60,000 nucleotides of DNA, from contig OZ076409.1 in assembly GCA_964187785.1 (NCBI GenBank), positions 9,922,001 to 9,982,000 on the forward strand, given 5' to 3'. The position numbers were made by a program, and so were the translations under genes. Of the stretch, positions 56,476 to 60,000 are shown piece after piece. Source of the stretch: Amphiscolops sp. MND2022. Taxonomy: Eukaryota. Position 1 is the stretch's first letter. Every line of letters begins with the position of its first letter. The notes beneath the pieces were generated by a model that was not told where the DNA came from, made no database searches, and worked only from the letters and a program-made list of their open reading frames with translations.

Positions 56476-59214
56476 CTATGTTGGAGGAGTGAAAAAGTCA
56501 GAGTGATCAGTGTTAAAAGATGGCGGAGGAAAAAAGTAATTAGTTTTTGAATATATGAGGACAGGAGTGTCCATCTCACAACTGACAGGTGATGTAGTGT
56601 AATCATTAGGATTTGTGGTGACAGGAGAATAGTGTGGTAAGGATGATTGAATATTAGTTTTGGAGTGAACATTATGAGGTGTTTGATTGGAATATTGCTT
56701 TCGTTTTGGAAGGAATTTAAAATGAGTCACTTTGGAAATCCGATTGGGTCGTTTTGTATAAAAAGGTGGTAGTGAAGTAATACCAGTTGAATTTGAAGAA
56801 ATACCAGTTGTATCATTAGGATTATAGGAAGATTCATCTAATGGGTTGTCAGTAATGTTTGACATTTGATGTGAACTTTTAGAGGATGATTCAGAACGAA
56901 CATTTTTTAAGTCATGTATCATGTCAGCTGTAAGAATATTGAGAAAACCATGTGCAATAGATTTGAGAATTGTAATATTTTGTTTAAGGTTGTACTTTAT
57001 GGAAATGGTTTTGTATAATTCAACAATGAGAGTTAACATTGTTTGTATAAAAAGATATGTGGAAAAGTAAATTCCACATTGTGTCAAAATGTAACATGGG
57101 TATCCAAATAAAGCAATAAAGGCATCAGAGAACCATGTAGGAGTAAAAAGGGGAGTAAGGGTAATTATTCGATCATGAAGTCCAATTCGAAGTGTAATAT
57201 ATGGGTTACCATGTGGAGAATCTGCATCATAATCAGGTGTATTAGAGGAAATAAAGGAATAACTAAGAGCTTTTCCTAAAAGTTGAAAAGTAGTATCAGA
57301 GTGTTTAGAAAATAAGATTCTGTTCCAAAATTGATTTAGTTCAGCATTGGAGTATTTACTAGCATCTTGAGCTGTAAAAGTATTAGGTCGTATTGTAGTT
57401 TTAATTTGGGAAGGAGTAAACATAAGTGGAGGTTTTCGTTTAATAGGTTCAGGGCCAAGAATATAAAAGTCTTGGTCATCAGAATCAGGGTCAAGTTCGA
57501 TAATGTTGTTTGGGTTATTATCACATGTAATAGGAGTAGCATAGTCATATGTTTGTCTTGTAATAGGATCAACGTACATAAGGGTGTCTTTAAAATGAAT
57601 AGGAATTCGATCGAAACAACGATCGGCAATGTATAAAGGAGACAAAAAGGGAAAGTCATATAGCCAAGCAGTAGATCCTTCAACATAGAGAAAGTTACTG
57701 CGATTTCCTGTTAAAAGGAAGCCAGCAAGTTGAGGATTTTGTACTGACATTGTAAGTATTGTAAGGAGTTGGTTTCGTTCTAATTCACATACTGTATGAG
57801 GAGTATTAAGTTCTTGGACAGTCATAGAGCGAAATACATGATTGATGGTGTAATCTATTTTAGTATTTATATGGGCATCATAGTCTATTGTAGCGAAGTT
57901 GTTAGAAACGTTCAATGCAGGAAAGATGTATTTGTTATTAGAGTTGTTTAGTACAATTTTTCCAGAAATATATTCATTGATTATAGAAGTGGGATTTCGT
58001 TGTCCTGCATGCATGTTGAATCCTTCAGTATAAGTAACAAAAAGGTCAGAATATTGAATGGAATATAGAAGTTCAGGTTTTCTGCAAAAGGTATGTGCAT
58101 TAGGAAAGACTTCAAAACGAGAAAGGTTTGGGTGATGTGGAGTTTCAGTATGAGGAGCACGGATATAAGGATAATAAGTACCCTTGATACCATCAAAGGA
58201 GGAAGATTTTTTTGGGGTTGCAGAATGTACAAAGGAATCTGTTTCTATCCAATAACGGTCGTCTATTTTAGTCATGCGTCCAATAAAGTCTTGTAATGTA
58301 AAAATAAGACAAAAGTCGTCACTAAACCATACAAGTGTGAAAGGAGTTTTCGTAGTAGGTTTACAAAAACCATCAGCAAAGTAACATGGGCGAGTATGAC
58401 CATCAATGATCACAACGTTTTGTGTATCATCATATGTAAGTTCGATTTCAGAAATAGCAAGACGCCAACTAACTAAGTTTACTTCAAATTGGTGATGAGC
58501 TGGACAGTTATGATGAGGGTTTCGAAGTGGGTCATATATCCATGTTTTGTCAGCAGGCATATAGGTAAATGTACCTGTATACATTTTGTTGAATTGATAA
58601 ACAGTGAAAGGGGTTTGAAATCGGTTTAATTGTTTTTGAAAGTAGTGGTCTTCTAGAAGTGTAAAAGTTTTGTTATAATTAAGGTTGTTTAATATTTTGT
58701 TATCAGTTCCATTAAGGTGTCTATTAAGATTTTTACATTCAAGAGGATCAAGTGTAATAGGAAGTGGCATTGTATTATGATTTCAAACAGTTCTGTCAAC
58801 ACGTCTAAATTTAACATTACCTTGGAAGCAAACATTTCGTTCTTTTTTAGCATATGCCTCGCATTTTAAAGCGCGAATACGTTTAGCTTTTGCTCTAACG
58901 TAGACTCGGGCTTGGATATTTGCGTGTTGTATGTTGGAAGGAGCTTCAGTACATTGTTTAACATTAAGAAGGGTAAATTGGCGAAGGTTATGTTGTTTTT
59001 CACAATCATAATGAGAGACCATAAGATTTGTTATATTTGGATCATCAGATGGGAGATATTTGTCATCATCAGTTGGGTTAATAGGAATAGAGGATGTAAA
59101 ATAAGAGTTTATGGAAAAGAGGAGGAAGTGAGTTATGAAGAGTATAATGTGTGTATTAAAAGGAAGTTTAATATTTGAGACCAGAGAAAGGATTATAGAA
59201 AACAATTTTGCCAT
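56476..59214 (-). pseudogene. env: Envelope glycoprotein, class III (herpes gB / chuvirus G-like), ~912 codons with one in-frame TGA at 58783-58785
   Basis: Signal peptide; VSHYDC..LLNVKQC; CELERNQLLTILTMSVQNPQLAGFLL; CFDRIPI..YVDPITR..PITC; N-glycosylation sequons; TM ..YILTQCGIYFSTYLFIQTMLTLIV; ORFs 58783-59214 and 56476-58770 are in the same frame (DRTV*NHNTMP). Confidence 0.8.
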
Positions 59215-60000
59215 AAGCTAAATCGTGTAATTCAGGATCACGGTTGAAATCGACTAATATTATTTCAAATGGAGCAGGAGTTGTTTTGTGTTCAATCTTT
59301 GCGACGTGAAATATAGGATGAGGATTAAGACCTTGAAATTTAACTTTGACTTCAAATTTCAATTTTAGATTAGGAGTTTGAAGGCGTTTAAGTTCAGTTT
59401 CTTTTCGTTTATTTGAAAGAGAGTTATTTGTGGTAATGAATCGTTCTGCAAGAATTGGAAAACGAGGATCGTTTTGAGGATCGTATATAGTGATTCCGTC
59501 TACACGTATAGGGTAATCTGCAAAATTAGGAGTGGGTGGTCTTGATTGGTCAAAAGTATAATATTCAGGAATTCGTTTGTGAGGAGCAACAGGTGTAGGT
59601 ACTAAGACTTCAGAGAAAAGATTGCCAGATAAATATGCAGTTTGGACGTCAGAAGAGAGTAGGGAAGCTGTGTCTAGTCCAGAAGTAAGATAGGATTGTG
59701 GAACAAAGTCTGAAGAGTGTGCTGTATCAGAGGATAGAGGTTGAGCGTGTTGTCTAAGAAGACGTAATGCAGAATTGCTAGAAAGTGCTGAAAAATTAAG
59801 AGTTGATGAATCAGTTGCACTTAGACGTCTATTTGGAAGAGGTCTAAGGTTGTATCTGTGTTGAGGTATAATTTCAGAACCGGAAGTATCTGATTGTGGT
59901 TGATATTCTGAAGCAGAGTCTATCAAGTTAGAAAGAGAAGTAGAAGGATGTCTGAGTGGTTTAGAAGGAGGGTAAATTTGAGATCGACTAGAAGATTCAG
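59168..60000 (-). CDS. C-terminal part of the ORF upstream of env (probably a Pol tail after integrase); overlaps the env start
   Basis: Ser-rich region with HRYNLRP (the RYxLR motif common in retroelement Pol tails); 47-nt overlap with env. Confidence 0.55.
   Translation of the reverse strand, partial: ESSSRSQIYPPSKPLRHPSTSLSNLIDSASEYQPQSDTSGSEIIPQHRYNLRPLPNRRLSATDSSTLNFSALSSNSALRLLRQHAQPLSSDTAHSSDFVPQSYLTSGLDTASLLSSDVQTAYLSGNLFSEVLVPTPVAPHKRIPEYYTFDQSRPPTPNFADYPIRVDGITIYDPQNDPRFPILAERFITTNNSLSNKRKETELKRLQTPNLKLKFEVKVKFQGLNPHPIFHVAKIEHKTTPAPFEIILVDFNRDPELHDLAYGKIVFYNPFSGLKY

Larger units (their letters stand above)
52452..60000 (-). mobile_element. 3' half of an envelope-encoding LTR retroelement (endogenous retrovirus-like); continues beyond the window
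   Basis: Env-like ORF, flanking ORFs, uniform C/T-rich sense strand, putative short 3' LTR; RT is not in the window, so superfamily is not directly shown. Confidence 0.8.

Overview
AT-rich, transposon-dense eukaryotic (invertebrate-animal-like) genomic window with one 200-N assembly gap. Most of it is mobile DNA: a decayed LINE (1-3.45 kb), a decayed BEL/Pao element with both LTRs (11.3-18.6 kb), a young Ty3/Gypsy element with a single ~3,150-aa Gag-Pol ORF (19.4-32.3 kb), a decayed pyrimidine-rich LTR-element 5' half (33.1-37.2 kb), a Gypsy-gag/BEL-pol junction (38.3-42 kb), a 1.9-kb solo LTR with a 5-bp TSD, a TA-flanked MITE, a hAT remnant, and the 3' half of an envelope-carrying LTR retroelement (52.5-60 kb, minus strand). 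The only clear host genes are two paralogous secreted PAN/Apple + C-type lectin genes with uninterrupted ORFs (9.3 and 46.2 kb), which lie in an old duplicated block and differ mainly in the predicted ligand-binding loops. Best leads: (1) the Gypsy polyprotein has a tandem pseudo-protease/protease, AT-hook motifs and a TARG1/DarG-like macrodomain after integrase; (2) the retrovirus-like element has a class III (gB/chuvirus-like) Env plus 2-3 accessory ORFs of unknown function; (3) localized hypervariability in the lectin pair. All calls are by-eye motif recognition; no database searches were run.
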